A stretch of DNA of 63,693 nt, filler included, from Octopus bimaculoides (Eukaryota): assembly GCF_001194135.2 (NCBI RefSeq). It is 10 parts of 10 records of this genome, joined end to end, with 100 filler letters (N's around TTAATTAATTAA, not from the genome) between each part and the next. Parts side by side here need not be neighbours in the genome. Positions count along the whole stretch, not along the records: positions 1 to 11,953 come from NC_068996.1; positions 12,054 to 21,584 come from NC_068991.1; 8 more parts are not named here. One strand, given 5' to 3'. Positions 1 to 12,849 of this stretch are shown here, one piece after another. Under the pieces are notes generated by a model. The model made no database searches. It was not told where the DNA came from and was given only the letters and a program-made list of their open reading frames with translations. A program made the position numbers and the translations under genes. The first letter of the stretch is position 1; every line of letters starts with the position of its first letter.

Positions 1-1330
1 ACTTATGAGGTTGCAAACCTCTTACACTATCAATATTACAATTTTTACACAATTTCAATATATCAAACATTCACAATTTTCATCACTCCACCCCTCCGCA
101 AGCAGATATGCTGCCCCTGACAAACAAGTGTCTATTGTTAAGCTTGAATTTGCGGAGAGGTAGAAGAAATCTTTTTGGTTACATTTTTCTATGACTTTTG
201 TCATCATGTTGTCACTTATAACCTCCGCAGCAACCTGCGGAGGCCATGTGGAACTACTCGCACACTCCGAGTAGTTCCTATCATGACCGCACTCGCGGTC
301 CAAGAACTCATTCTCATAGTACATCCCTCATGATACAGGATAACATAAAAATCATTATCCTCACTGGGAGAGACGTCACACCACTCTGTCAGTGGCACAA
401 TTCCCGCTGACAGAGACTTCCTCTTCGGTGGCACATTTCCCACCGAAGGGACTTCGGGTTCGGTCGGCACCTCCGCTGACCGTCTCCCGTTCTTTTTCCT
501 TTTTTTCTCTATTTCTACTGCCTTCCTCTTCTCCCGCAAACTTTACTGGTGAGGAACTATTGTTGCTCACCTTTCTTTTACGTTTCTTTTACGTTTCGAC
601 TTTCTTTGTCTCCCCCTCCAATGGAGGAGGGGCAACAGACACTTCCTGCTTACCCTGCTCCTGGGCCTTTTCATGGCCCCGGGGGCAATTTTTCCTGATA
701 TGGCCAGGCTCCAGACATAGGTGCCACTTGGAGGGGGGTGGGGTGACCATCAAGTATCACAGGGTATCTGAACCCGGCCATTTTTAAAAAATCAGGAAAA
801 ATCATGTCATTGGCGGCCACTGGGGTCCATAAGATCAAAATTGACTTTGCACCCATCCAGTTGGCCGCTGCTGTTAAGTGTACATTTAAAAGCCTGGGGA
901 CAGCAGACCCAGGCTGTCCCCCAAACCCCGCTGGATGGCGTCCGTGATCCAACCAGCTTCGGTGCCCGGGGGCAGTCCACATACCCAGGCTCTAATAATT
1001 CTCTCCTCAGAATAAGTGGGGAGGAACAAAATTTCCTCTCCCTGCAAGGGCTGACTAGCCGCAATGCACGCCTCTTCGGGGGAGTCAAAATGCATCCACA
1101 CCGTTGCAAATTTGACCCCGCTAGAGATAAAAAAATTTTTGCTGGCAAACAAGTTGCCAGCTCCTTTTCTATAATGTCCTTATTGAAGAGGGAAGTGGTA
1201 TTGCGTGACCTGGAATAGTTCCACAGTACCACTGTCCTCTTCTCCATTTCATCCAACCACTGTCTGGGTGGGCACAAATCCCACTCCAGGACAGGGTTCT
1301 TCTTTATAGTTTCTACCATGTCTAACACAG
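1..1330 (-). pseudogene. Decayed ORF1 (RRM-like plus CCHC zinc knuckle) of an L1/Tx1-like non-LTR retrotransposon
   Basis: Frameshifted minus-strand pieces read KFATVWMHFDSPEEA...LPTYSEERIIRAWVCGLPPG, then RYPVILDGHP, then K-W-HLC-LEPG-H-IRKN-C (~690-730), a CX2CX4HX4C knuckle with the first Cys changed to Trp. A basic, low-complexity tail follows. Confidence 0.7.
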
Positions 1331-1649
1331 TTCAACAAATAAAAATGTTCATAAAACAGTCCAATAAAAATTAGAAAAAGACAGGCTAAAGGAGAGGAAG
1401 AAAAAATAAATTTTAATAATAGAGAAAAGAACTAAAATTTAGAAAAAGAAAAAAGCGAAGAAACAGATATCAGTGTCCAAACAGGCAGGGAATCCTTGGT
1501 TCTGTTAGGTAAATCCAACAATCCTTGTTCTCTTCCAGACTCAGATACATGTAGATCACATACATATATATGTACATATACAGACACACTCACATACACA
1601 TATAGATATGCATAGAAACAGAAATGTGTATACATTTATATGTATACAT

Positions 1650-2270
1650 TATTATATTCAAAAAGTGTTTGTCGGAAGACCAATGCGAATTGCTTGCTTG
1701 CTGCTCAAACGATTTGGCTTTTGTTCACTATGTTCTTTTATAACGTGTATTGGGCGTTTTGATTTTTAAGTTGCCAGACGTACTCGACACGGGAAGTAGA
1801 GTGGGCCAACTTAGTATTTTTGAATGAGTGCACATGCATATTAAAGCTTTCCTTGAACTTGTCGGCTGTTATACTGATCTATTATGAAGACAGGTTTCCA
1901 TTCAAAGGGCAATCAAAGGTATTTTTTAAATTACAGGTTTTAGTGTAAGGGGCTCCACCGGTAGTAGTAGTTGATATCTCTTCGAAGTTTGCTTCAGAAA
2001 TAATTAGGGGAGATGCTAAAGAATTATTGACTGACTGGTTAACGTTAATTTGGTATAATTGATGATAATGCTGCAGGAATAGGAGACGAACTAGGGACGT
2101 ACTACCCTAGAGGCTAAGACCAGTAGTATTTAGAGGCTGAATATTTGGGGTTGATTATTTAAGTATCAGAGGTTTTACGAATTTGTTATTTTTATCCAGT
2201 TTTTCGTTCCCTTACATTCGTATAATCTCTTATTATGTCCTGTACTTGACTGGCACTTCCTTTCAATATT
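1650..2270 (-). mobile_element. Penelope-like element, GIY-YIG C-terminal relic
   Basis: Minus-strand decayed translation DCPLNGN...FKESFNMHVHSFKNTKLAHST...YVWQLKNQNAQY resembles the C-terminus of Penelope endonucleases. Confidence 0.6.
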
Positions 2271-2315
2271 ATGCATGTATGTATACGTATATGCATGTAT
2301 GTGTGCGTGCGTGCA

Positions 2316-2374
<59 letters not shown>

Positions 2375-2448
2375 ATGTGTGTATGTGTGTGTGTTTGTAT
2401 GGGCATTCATGAATATAGTTGCGCTGCTAAATCTGTAAGTATGACATA

Positions 2449-3267
2449 CGAGGTGGTACCCAGAAGAAATCGGAATTTTCAATGTTATTTTATTCAATAA
2501 AATTTTACGTTTACACTTTCATCGCTTTCAACGTATTTTCCATTTGAAGCAATGCATCGATCCAAGTGCGTTTTCCGCTATTCGAAGCAATCATGGAACT
2601 CTTGCGAAGTCATATTTTTTAACGCCTCCGTCGTTTTTTCCTTAACCTCATTCCACATCTCCAAATTCCATAGCACCAGCTTTTGTCACCAGTGATGACC
2701 TTCGTAAAGGGTCCAGTTCAACTTCCAACTGTTCTTCCAGTTCACAAAATGCATTTAGTCGTAACTGCTTTGGATCTTCCGTTAGTAAGCGAGGCACAAA
2801 TTTTGATGCAACTCTTTTCATTCGCAATTATTCGCTCAAAATTCGTTGGCAGGAACTCCAGGACACATCAGTCTTATCAAGAAGTTCTTCAATTGTTCGG
2901 CGACGGTCCTCCAAAATTAGTTCATGAATGTTCATGATGTTTTCATTCGTTCGAATGGTCGACGGTCGTCCTGAACGAGGTTGGTCTTCAAGCGACAAGT
3001 GACCATTCCTAAAGCGTCGTTTTGTTTTGCTCATGGCAGCGTCCTTGTAAGTTGTTTGAAGCATGACTACTGTTTCGGCGGCCGTTTTCATGGAAGCACA
3101 TTGTTCCTTCGTTTCAGTCACCGCAAAATTCTACTGGAAAACAAAGACGCATCACATGGAAGAACGCCAGTCGGCAGACTGATACTTGAAGATCACATCA
3201 AGTGGCTTCTAGCGGCTGAAGCCTGAACTACAACGTTTCCGGTTACTTTTGGGTATCCACACGCACG
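2449..3267 (-). mobile_element. Internally deleted mariner transposon with both TIRs
   Basis: ORF 2828-3121 carries the mariner HTH region (SLEDQPRSGRPST...ILEDRRRTIEEL). Imperfect TIRs CGAGGTGGTACCCAGAAG / TTTTGGGTATCCACACGCACG are flanked by TA at 2447-2448 and 3268-3269. Confidence 0.85.
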
Positions 3268-3279
3268 TATATAAGCAAA

Positions 3280-4260
3280 AGTTTACAAAATTCAGACTAA
3301 GCACCTGGAATTTCCAGCTTAATTGTGTCGTTTCTAGTTTTGTGAAACCCAGCTCCATAAAACTGTGCTGAAGCAATAGATTTATATCCACTTTTCTGAT
3401 TATTCGCAAATATAAATCTAGTGTCATAGTCTTAGAGCACTATTAGCAGGCCTCACTTTTGTTTCCCACATGTCAACGTTTTATAATAACGAAAATGTTT
3501 TTCAGTTACAGAATGTTAATTTTCGTCTGTTGAGCGTACATTTTACTGAGGTTTCAAGAGGAGGATTTAACAACTATTCTTACATATTTTAACTGACTAT
3601 AACTTCCACATAACTATAACTATTTTAATCTTTCCTTCCTTGTACTATGTTTATTTTCATTTCATGTTTGTATATATGTGTCTGTATGCATGAATGTATG
3701 TATGTATGTTTGCATGTATGTATGTATGTATGTATGTATGTATGTATGTATGTATGCATGCCTGTATGTATGTATGTATGTATATATGTTCTCTTCTGTC
3801 TTTATTTATTTAAATCCTTCCTCTGAAGAAGGAGCTGGTTTCTAACAAAGATACAAAGCTCCATCGTTGGAATGTAGATAACGAAAACAATGTCACATTT
3901 TAAACCTGAGAAAAGTCTTGCATAGTTTTCCTGTTCCGCTTACAGAGTGTAGTTGTAATGTGCGACTCGGTTGATTTCTTTTTCTGAAAACCCTAGCTTA
4001 TCCAAACTGACAACTAAGCATTTACTCACAAAACCAAATACTACAATTATTATTGGTATAAATGTGAATTTGTAATCTGAATATATAAGCAGTTGTCCAT
4101 AGTTATCTTCTTTCTCTTCGATTTTCAAAGGGATGTTTACAACAGCAGAACAGCTGACCTGTATGACTTTTTCTTATATGCCCCAAACAACAATATCCAA
4201 CCTGTTATGCTTACACTTGACAGAAGTTTTGATGGGAATGTTCCACCAGTATTCCTTGTA
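3280..4260 (-). mobile_element. RLE-type LINE C-terminal fragments (family 2)
   Basis: KEDNYGQLL..YSDYKFTFIPIII at 3940-4128 matches the copies at 26500-26880 and 38130-38800; a weaker piece lies at 3280-3460. Confidence 0.6.
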
Positions 4261-4392
4261 CTTCATTTATCGACCCCGAAAGGTTGAAAGGCAAAGTCGA
4301 GCTCGGCAGAATTTGAACTCAGAACGTAAAGACAGACGAAATACCGCTAAGCATTTCGCCCGGCGTGCTAACGATTCTGCCAGCTCGTCGCC
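4258..4392 (-). mobile_element. tRNA-derived SINE family A (head GGCGAGCTGGCAGAA), partial
   Basis: Pol III A/B-box-like head (TGGCAGAATCGTTAG...GAGTTCAAATTC). Other copies are at about 19556-19755(+), 23195-23390(-), 24655-25608(- x4), 52725-52915(+), 53065-53470 (pieces), 55450-55575(-) and 58005-58195(-). Confidence 0.8.
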
Positions 4393-4394
4393 TG

Positions 4395-5370
4395 TTAACG
4401 ATAACAGTGACACCAACGAACTAAGGCGCGCAAGCGCGTGTGTGAATGTGTATGTGTCAGTGGGGGCAAGTGTGTGAGTATGTATGTGCGGGCGAGCTGA
4501 AAATTATGTGGACCTGAATGTGTGTATGTGTATAAGTAACCCAGTAAGTACAGTGTGTTGAGTGATATGCATTCCATGTACTGATAGGTATGTGTCTGCG
4601 TATAGACGTGTATATGTGAGTGTGGGGTTATCATGTGCGTGTGCAAACGCATGAGCCTTTGTGTGTTTGTTTGTATCCAAGTAACCTAGTGTAATACATT
4701 AGTAGTGTATGCGTTGTTCGGAGTGATGGGTGTTTTGTATATTGTGTGTGTGTGTGCGTCTGGACATCTGTATATGTGTGAGTATGCATATGGACCTTTG
4801 TATATATATGAGGCTAACGTGTGTGTGTGTGTTGTGCGTTGATGTGTGCTTCTTCAGGTGGTGTGTGCACGTGTGTATGTGCCTGTGACCAAATAGTGTG
4901 CATGTGTATAGTGTATGTTTGTGGGCGAAAGTTATCGTTCTCTATGCTTGTTGCATGTGTTTATGAATGTTGCATGTGTTTAGGTGTGTTGCGTATGTGC
5001 GAGAAAATTGTCTGTGTTCAGGTATTACGTGCTTGCGTGGGTGTAGGAGTATGTGATGGTGTGCGGTGTGTGTGATGTTGAGTTAAACACTGTTTGGGGC
5101 TACTCGTATAGTGGTGTGTGTGGTAACGCTATTGAAGATTGTGTTTTTGTGTGCAGACAATGGTATATGGACGTATGGATAACGGTGTGTGGTGTGGGTA
5201 TTGAAAAGTGTTTGGTACTAGTGTGTGAAGTGGGAAGCTGTCAGTGGGTGTGTGTGTAATGATATGTGAAATGAGTAATGAGTTGAAGAGTGTGTATGGA
5301 TGTCTGTGTGTGTGGCAAGGGAACCGAGGTAGGCGATATGCAGATATGTAGGTGGAAGGGAGGGGCAATT
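4395..5370. repeat. Degenerate (GT)n-rich cryptic simple repeat
   Basis: About 1 kb dominated by TG/GTGT motifs; it is the source of the Cys/Val and His/Thr pseudo-ORFs. Confidence 0.8.
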
Positions 5371-5399
5371 AAATTTGGGTGTGTGGGTATCCGTGTGGA

Positions 5400-5560
5400 G
5401 TTGGTATCAGATGAACAGGCAGTGAGTTGAACCCATAAGGCGCAAAGAAACGAAGACTGAGGATTAATTCTTGTTCACGGCGAAGGCAAGAGTCCGGGTG
5501 GCCCCTTTGCAAAGACAGTCCGAACATAGACAAATGTTGTAGCGAATATATATATTTTGA
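5400..5560 (-). mobile_element. Penelope GIY-YIG C-terminal fragment
   Basis: SMFGLSLQRGHPDSCLRREQELILSLRFFAPYGFN fits the R..RE..LI..L....P.GLN terminus of GIY-YIG domains. Confidence 0.6.
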
Positions 5561-5572
5561 AAGAGAAAAAAC

Positions 5573-5606
<34 letters not shown>

Positions 5607-6514
5607 TATATATAGATGTGTACATGTGTACATGTATATATGTGTGTGAGCATGAATATGTATGTTTTTAATTATGTTTGTGTATATATAATTGTTTTTA
5701 TATCTATTCTTGTATATATATATATATATACATTATTTTTATTTCTTTCTTTATTTACATCTACTGCTATAACGATCTTAATAGCTTGCCCTTTGGGTTT
5801 TAAATTTAACTGACCAATTATATTGATGGCTGGACTTTGATCAATCCCATTACAGACAACAGGTGGTTGGTCTTTATAATGTATTAGTAAGTATATTAAT
5901 GTAATTATTTTATGGGCCTGTTACTTGGATAATTAGTACTATTTACGAAATATTACGTACTATTTTTTTCTAGACCTATTGGCGAATCTCATTATACTAA
6001 AGTATTTATATTTTTATTATTTATACACTCTGTTACCCCTAAAGAAAGATTATCCCACCAATCAATTTTCTAAAGCGTTACGCTGCAAAATGGTATGATT
6101 CAAATATATTAAGTCTGATTTTCTCATCTCGAGGCCCTTTTCTTTTCCCTCTTCTTTTATTTTATATATTTTTCTTCACTCTGATGAAGCTCCATATACC
6201 AAATCGGATGTGCTATAGAATATGACGAATATTATTCTCAGAATTTTCTTTGGCAGCGCTGACGGACATTGGAAGCAGAAACGGCTGTAAGAAATGAAGA
6301 AGTTTTGTATTAAAAAATAATAAGCGATGGTAGTCAATTTGTTTGTTGATCAGGAATTTTCTCCATTTTGTGCTTAATTTATATAATACATACATACATA
6401 CATACATACATACATACATACATACATACATACATACATACGTACATACATACATGTATGTATGTATATATATATATATANNNNNNNNNNNNNNNNNNNN
6501 NNNNNNNNNNNATA

Positions 6515-6566
<52 letters not shown>

Positions 6567-7039
6567 AATATATATATGTATATGTGTGTGCGTATATGTG
6601 TAAGCAACGTGTGTTGCCACTTCAACATGGCTGTTCCCTATGAACAGAGGTTACTGCAATTTTTTAACCCCAAGAGGACATTTCCTTTAGCTGGTTAACG
6701 ATGCAACCTGCATCCTATATATTGTAAGGATATATTAATGATAGGCTTCTAGCGGAAAACACTTGCTCTAAAGTGCCATGCAGTGAGACTGAATCCGATA
6801 CCATGTGGTTGGGAAGCAAAACTCTTACCACACAGCTGAGCCTGTGCTTATCCCTATTCTTCCAAATTATTTTTATGTTTGTCCCACATCATTGTAAGCT
6901 TTTATTTAATTCTAGTCTTTATGACTTATAATAAATAGTAAAGTTATGCCTTCTACAGAGTATTAGTTGTGCTGCAGATAATATCTTAATATTGATTATA
7001 GATATCATATCGGTTTTCCATCTGGGAAATCTGTCTGCA

Positions 7040-7790
7040 AGGTGCATTCCAGAGGTTTTGGACTTTTTTCGGGCGATATATTTATTAATTTCACAGTGCA
7101 AAATTCTAATCTCTTTCAAGGTAAGACCCTCGGAAGTCAATACACTTGTAGCACTTCAACAACTTCGTGAAGGCCCCATAGAAGTCCTTCAAAGTGAGGT
7201 TATTTAGGACCCATGTCACAGCCTTATCCATTTTCAAAACGACTGTTTCTGAGGTTCTCTTTTAGTTTGGGGAACAACCAAAATCACAGGGAGCAATGTC
7301 TGAACCTAAGGGAGGGTAGGTAAAAGTTTTGATATCCATGTCGGTCAAAAACTTGGTTACTAGGTTGCTCGTCACTGGGCACCCTGTGAATAAACTTTTA
7401 CACAATTTTAAACCTTTTGATCTTCCTGAATAATTCTGTCCACAGCTGTCACAACAAATCCAAACTATACGTTTATTGTGTTTATCCAGAAAACTGCGAA
7501 TTTTCACAACCGGTGCTGATGTTCTGATGCCCCTTTCCCTCCTTCCTTCCCTCACTTCTCATCGTCTCTTACCTCGTCTCCACCTTCATGAACCTCTTGT
7601 GCCAGCAAAATAAAAAAACAAAAAACAAAACAGATGCTCAGTTCAGACAAGTTAATTCGTAAGCAATCTGGAACATTTCATAAGTTTCTGCCTTTGTGCA
7701 GTTTATTACAAAACGTTTTTACATAGCGTGTTTTGAAAATTCCGATTGCATTCAAGAAACTAGTCAACAGTTAGAAACTAGTCAACGCAA
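7040..7790 (-). mobile_element. Decayed mariner transposase
   Basis: TKFLTDMDIKTFTYPPLGSDIAPCDF corresponds to the YSPDLAPxDF motif and is followed by KENLRNSRF. Confidence 0.7.
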
Positions 7791-8765
7791 AATCATACGT
7801 ATCAAAATGAAAGGTCATACATTGTTGTTAATCAATTGAAGATGGACCACTTGGTCCATCTTGAATATTCTATTTTCTGTAACTCATAAATTTTTTGACA
7901 GTATTTTCTTGCACGCCATTCTTTTTAGACGCAGAAAGATTTTCGTCCTATCTCCTGTTGCGGTAGATTTGTGTACGTCCTCTCCGTTTATACCTGGAAA
8001 TATCCTCCTATGAGCTTCTTTCCAACCGTCAAATGTGTTTTTTCATATATGTAGAATTGATCTGTAGATGTACTTCGAGCTTTGCTGAGTGGTAGATAGC
8101 AGTGACGGCAGTTGATGTAACACCCAAGAGTTGTCTGAATCAATATTTTGCCTCCGCTTCTTTGTTTTCATTTAACGATGTCTTCAGTTTCCACTTTGCA
8201 AAATCTTAATTTGTTGTAAGTTGAAGCTTTCTCTATTCTTAAGTTACTTGGTGGAGAGTTGTTGTTCCAGGATTGCATGGAAGTTACCTTCAATGCGTGA
8301 TGAAGGCCAAAGAAGAAATAACCAATGTGGAATATTTTCTCTGTTTTATTTGTTTTTGTTTGAAGTACTTACGTTACAACCTTCTGAATGAAGTGGTCTG
8401 TTTTTATTTTTTAATTTATTTTTTGCATTGAGATTTCCTTTCGATAGAATTTTGTACTAGTTTTATTTCATGTCTTTCCTCAAGTTCATTAGCAATCCTA
8501 ATGGTGCTTCTGTTTCGTGCTCAAACACTTGTGCAAGATAGTTACTGATTTTATTTTATCTTCTACTGGATATGTTGCTTCAGTGTTATACACCGGGTCT
8601 CGTATGATGTCAATACAAATAAATATGTGTGTATATGCATATGCATACTTACACACGCGCATCCAAACACACCCACACAAACACACATACGTACAAACAC
8701 ACGCTCACACACACACACATGCAGTAAATATGTATATATACATATATACATACATATATATATAT

Positions 8766-8844
<79 letters not shown>

Positions 8845-9020
8845 CATACAAGTATTTATAGATAAATATATACGTGTATGTGTGCATGCGTGTGCGCGTG
8901 TGTGTGTGTGTGTGTGTGTGTCTGGGTGTGTGTGTTTGCGTGTGTGCGTGTGTGTGTTTGTGTTTAGTATCTCTGCATGAGTGTAAGTCTGTCTCTATGA
9001 TTTTCAGTCATATAGCGTAC

Positions 9021-9100
9021 GTGAAAGATTTCGTTCAGGCGTTCATAGATAATAAAATTACGAACATGAAACGGCCTCTTCCATGGTAACCGCAGTTCAT
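9021..9100 (-). CDS. Candidate coding exon (phase 1 to 0, or read-through to TAA at 8964)
   Basis: cag|AT GAA...CAC|gtacgc is open as (D)ELRLPWKRPFHVRNFIIYERLNEIFH and is phase-compatible with exon 18183-18075. The pyrimidine tract is weak and a competing plus-strand exon signal overlaps it. Confidence 0.45.
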
Positions 9101-9639
9101 CTGAAATGTATTTCTTTTCAACTTGTTTCTCTTTATATATTTTCCTGTGATTTCATGCGTGTAGTAAAGCCACTTTATTTATGTCTCTTATGAGTTAGGA
9201 CGCCAATAATTTCTTCTTTTTTGCATCTTATTGTTGTCTTTATTGTTGCTGTTATTTAGCCCCAAGCCACCTTTTATCAAAGGCATTCCAATCTTGACCA
9301 TCCTGCCTTTGTTTTGAGCTCAGTGTTTTCCAGACTAAACTATCCAATGCGTCATACTTAATCCTCCCTCAAAATTGCCGGGTTTGTGCCTAAATCAGCG
9401 GTAATTACATGTAAGGACGAAAGTCGTTGCATTGGCCTGAGTGACAGAGGTGCAATGTGGTAACAAAGCTATAATTCTGTCTGACTATAAAACATGTTTG
9501 TTGCACATGCCGAACCGATATGTGCAACTTTTCTGTAGCACTTCGCTAAACTGTGTGGATGTCGAGACAGACTATTTTGATTGAGATAAGCAGACTATCT
9601 TTGCTGAGATAAGCAGAGTGCTGCGAAAAGCCAACAGCA

Positions 9640-9800
9640 ACTAAAGAAGTGACGGTTGGCTGCATGGCGGGCAGATCGCCTGATTTGAATGATCTGTCCT
9701 ACGAGCTTTACTTTTACTTAACAGACTTGTGTGGAGAGCTGTTGCCAGATATTTACTCGTTTCTGTAAATCAAGGAAAGATAGCGTTGCTATGAATGAGA
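9640..9800 (+). mobile_element. Tc1-like transposase fragment
   Basis: GRSPDLNDLSY resembles the WPxxSPDLNPxD motif. Confidence 0.5.
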
Positions 9801-10789
9801 GATCAAGTTGATAATTTTCGGTTCATAACTCTAGTAAATGCTGAGGAGCATCCCACACAATCTATGATTCCCTGACTTAAAACAAATATAATGTACATAT
9901 TGGTGAACAAACAGATGTGCTCAAAGTCCACATTAATGCTTAATGAAAAATGTCCCCAAATATATTCAAGGTTACCTAGATCGTTGAAAGTTGACAAGAT
10001 TGATTAGTATTAACAAATGTATTTCACTTTCAGTACTTTCTGAATGTTATTTCCAGATTCGATGACCTGGAAGCAGCTGTTACAGTAAGAACAGCAACAT
10101 CACTAAGAGTGGAAGCAGTCGTAACAGAAAAAAAAAGCACCTAAAGGAAACACCACATCAACAAGATTAGCAACGGAAAGCCCCCAAACAACAAACAAAA
10201 ACAAGCGATCAGAGAATGCTCCTCCCCGATTAATATCATTGAGACCTGTGAGGAGTCTAAAACTGAAAAGTTAAAAATGCAAAGAAAAGGAAAAGAAACA
10301 AATCATATCAACACAAAGCACTGATAGATATCAACAAATGGAGATGTTTTTGAACAACAATGCACAATCATTGTCCCATCAAAACAATTACACGTGTACA
10401 GTCAACATAACCATCCCCATCAATACCACCACTCATGAACACCGTCGATACAAGCACAGCCTAAATGACACACACAGCAACAAGCAGATCACACTGCCCA
10501 ATACGAGCAAAGAAGATATTAAAGACATGGCGATAAGCACAAGCGATAAATAACTAATAAACCGTATATACCAGTATACGAGCATTACTGACAACAGCTA
10601 CATCACATTTACTAACATCACTCTATCGCACATAATATCATCCAGAAACCACAACATACATACAACATCATAAAAAATGAATACCCAGAAGATATGAGAC
10701 TTCCAAGTTCATATCAATAAGAAACTGTATAAGGAACTGTCTGTGGAAATACTCACTTCCAACCAGGAAGACGAACAGAACCGGATTTA

Positions 10790-11410
10790 AATCATAGGGG
10801 AGTCGGAACACTTCAATTTCGGCAGGTCCTTCATACATAAGAATTATGTATTAAAAATCACCAAATTTAAATCTCAAAATCCATCTATTGCATGTAGAGT
10901 AAGCAGAGTAAGTTTAAATGCATCTCTTTAATGCAAAATTTTGTCATCTAAACTAAGTGCAGCAAGTTTTACAAACTTACTGCTGTACGCAACTTTAATA
11001 TCTACAAAAAGTTTTCTTTTCTGCATTTGGCATTTAAAAATCTTAAATTAATTCCTCAAACTGTAATATCTTTAGAAGACTGCTCTCTAAATCCAAAAGG
11101 GACAAAACACTTAGTCTATCATGGGTCATAATACATTTTTCACGCCCACTTTGCTGAATGAATTCTCTCGGGAACAATTCGTGACCATCAAGCTCAAAAA
11201 TATTCGATGAGTTACATCAATACAAGGAAAGGTTTCAGAAAGTCCACCATTATTGGTTGAAAGTGCTTCTTGAAATGGGTTGAAATATGACCTGAGCTTA
11301 CAAAAAGTTGCAAATTGTACAATTTCTTCTGTAAACACCTCACTAAAATCACAAGAAAATGCGGAGACGAGCTTCACACCTTCAAATCTTATCTCTGCAT
11401 CAGGCAAGCT
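10790..11410 (-). mobile_element. hAT transposon 3' end (C-terminal dimerisation domain)
   Basis: LSETFPCIDVTHRIFLSLMVTNCSRENSFSK matches the hAT C-terminal FP...LRIFL.L.VT.CS.ERSFS motif. Confidence 0.8.
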
Positions 11411-11612
11411 ACTGAAACAAGTAAGATATAAAGGCGGATGGAACGCAATAAGTTATATCTACTGTATTTTTGAATTTGAGTAAACAATATTTTTAACAAA
11501 TATCCTTACAACAACTATAGTTTATATAGAAAAAAAGAAAAAGAAAAAAAGCAAATGGTTCGACTTAATGAAAATTATTTGAACATAAATTTTTGAACAA
11601 TATTTCAATATA

Positions 11613-11774
11613 GGCGCAGGCGTTGCTGTGTGGTAAGAAGCTTATTTCCCAACTACATGGTTCCGGGTTCAGTCTCACTGCATGGCACCTTGGGCAAGTG
11701 TCTTCTGCCATAACCACGGGCCGACCAAAGCCTTGTGAGTGGATTTGGAAACTGAAAGAAGCCCGTCGTGTACG

Positions 11775-11807
<33 letters not shown>

Positions 11808-11953
11808 ATTTTTGTGTGTCTTTGTCTCCCCACCATCGATGTTGGTGTGTTTACGTCACCGTAGTCCAGCGGTTCGGCAAAAAGTTTTCGATAGAATAAG
11901 TACTAGGCTTACAAAGAATAAGTCCTAGGGTCGATTTCTTCAACTAAAGACGC
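11613..11953 (+). mobile_element. tRNA-derived SINE family B (head GGCGTGGCTGTGTGGTAAG)
   Basis: Shared body CATGGTTCCGGGTTCAGTCCCACTGCGTGGCACCTTGGGCAAGTGTCTTCT. Further copies are at about 6765-6848(-), 34575-34730(-), 36690-37065(-), 37440-37545(+), 41305-41473(-), 42158-42444(+), 43470-43615(-), 48413-48770(+), 50628-50775(+) and 54390-54689(-). Confidence 0.85.
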
Positions 11954-12231
11954 NNNNNNNNNNNNNNNNNNNNNNNNNNNNNNNNNNNNNNNNNNNNTTA
12001 ATTAATTAANNNNNNNNNNNNNNNNNNNNNNNNNNNNNNNNNNNNNNNNNNNNCATCATTATATTTGGAAAGATAGAAATAAATTTCAATGAGTATTACT
12101 TACTCAGATATAATCCAACCCTTTGTCAGCTATTTTTTGGCTCAATGCGATGTCTTTATTTCCGATGTTTTTGGATAAGTTTTGGAGCAGTGATTTATCG
12201 TTCTCACATGTTAAACTTCCCCGGTGTTCTC

Positions 12232-12316
<85 letters not shown>

Positions 12317-12334
12317 TATTATTATTATTATTAC

Positions 12335-12373
<39 letters not shown>

Positions 12374-12849
12374 TTTCATCCCCTATTTCATAACTATTTG
12401 GATTTATATGTGTCCATAATCATCACTAATACTAAATCCTCTAGCTTAAATAAAAGGAAGGAAGGAAGGAAGGAAGGAAGGAAGGAAGGAAGGAAGGAAG
12501 GAAGGACGGAAGGAAGGAAGGGAGTAATGTGGGAAAGAAGAAAGGAAAGAAATAGGGATTATGATTATGTACAAAAATTATTTGGTAATTGATTGTTGAA
12601 CACATCGACACTTACCTCGCATTCGCAATGACGTTTATAGTATTTTGCCACTCCACGTCTAATAATTTTGGAGAGACTAAACCAGGGTTGATTTCCCGCG
12701 CATAAACCCGTTTCCAGAGAACCATTATTGAAAGATGCTGAAAATAAAGAATCAAACTAATAGCGTTAATGGATATATAATCACTTTTATTGATTTACTT
12801 CAAGAACGGAAATAATTAGAATGTGCACATACATACTTTTATATCATTA

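Noticed and set aside
11954-12053. TTAATTAATTAA inside N runs, recurring at 21629, 26447, 34466, 41231, 43717, 54734, 59150 and 61993
   Set aside because: An identical six-frame-stop spacer in many gaps is an assembly marker, not biology.
12104-12419. Poly-I/L/N/M/D/H/YI/CV ORFs throughout the window
   Set aside because: They are translations of microsatellites.
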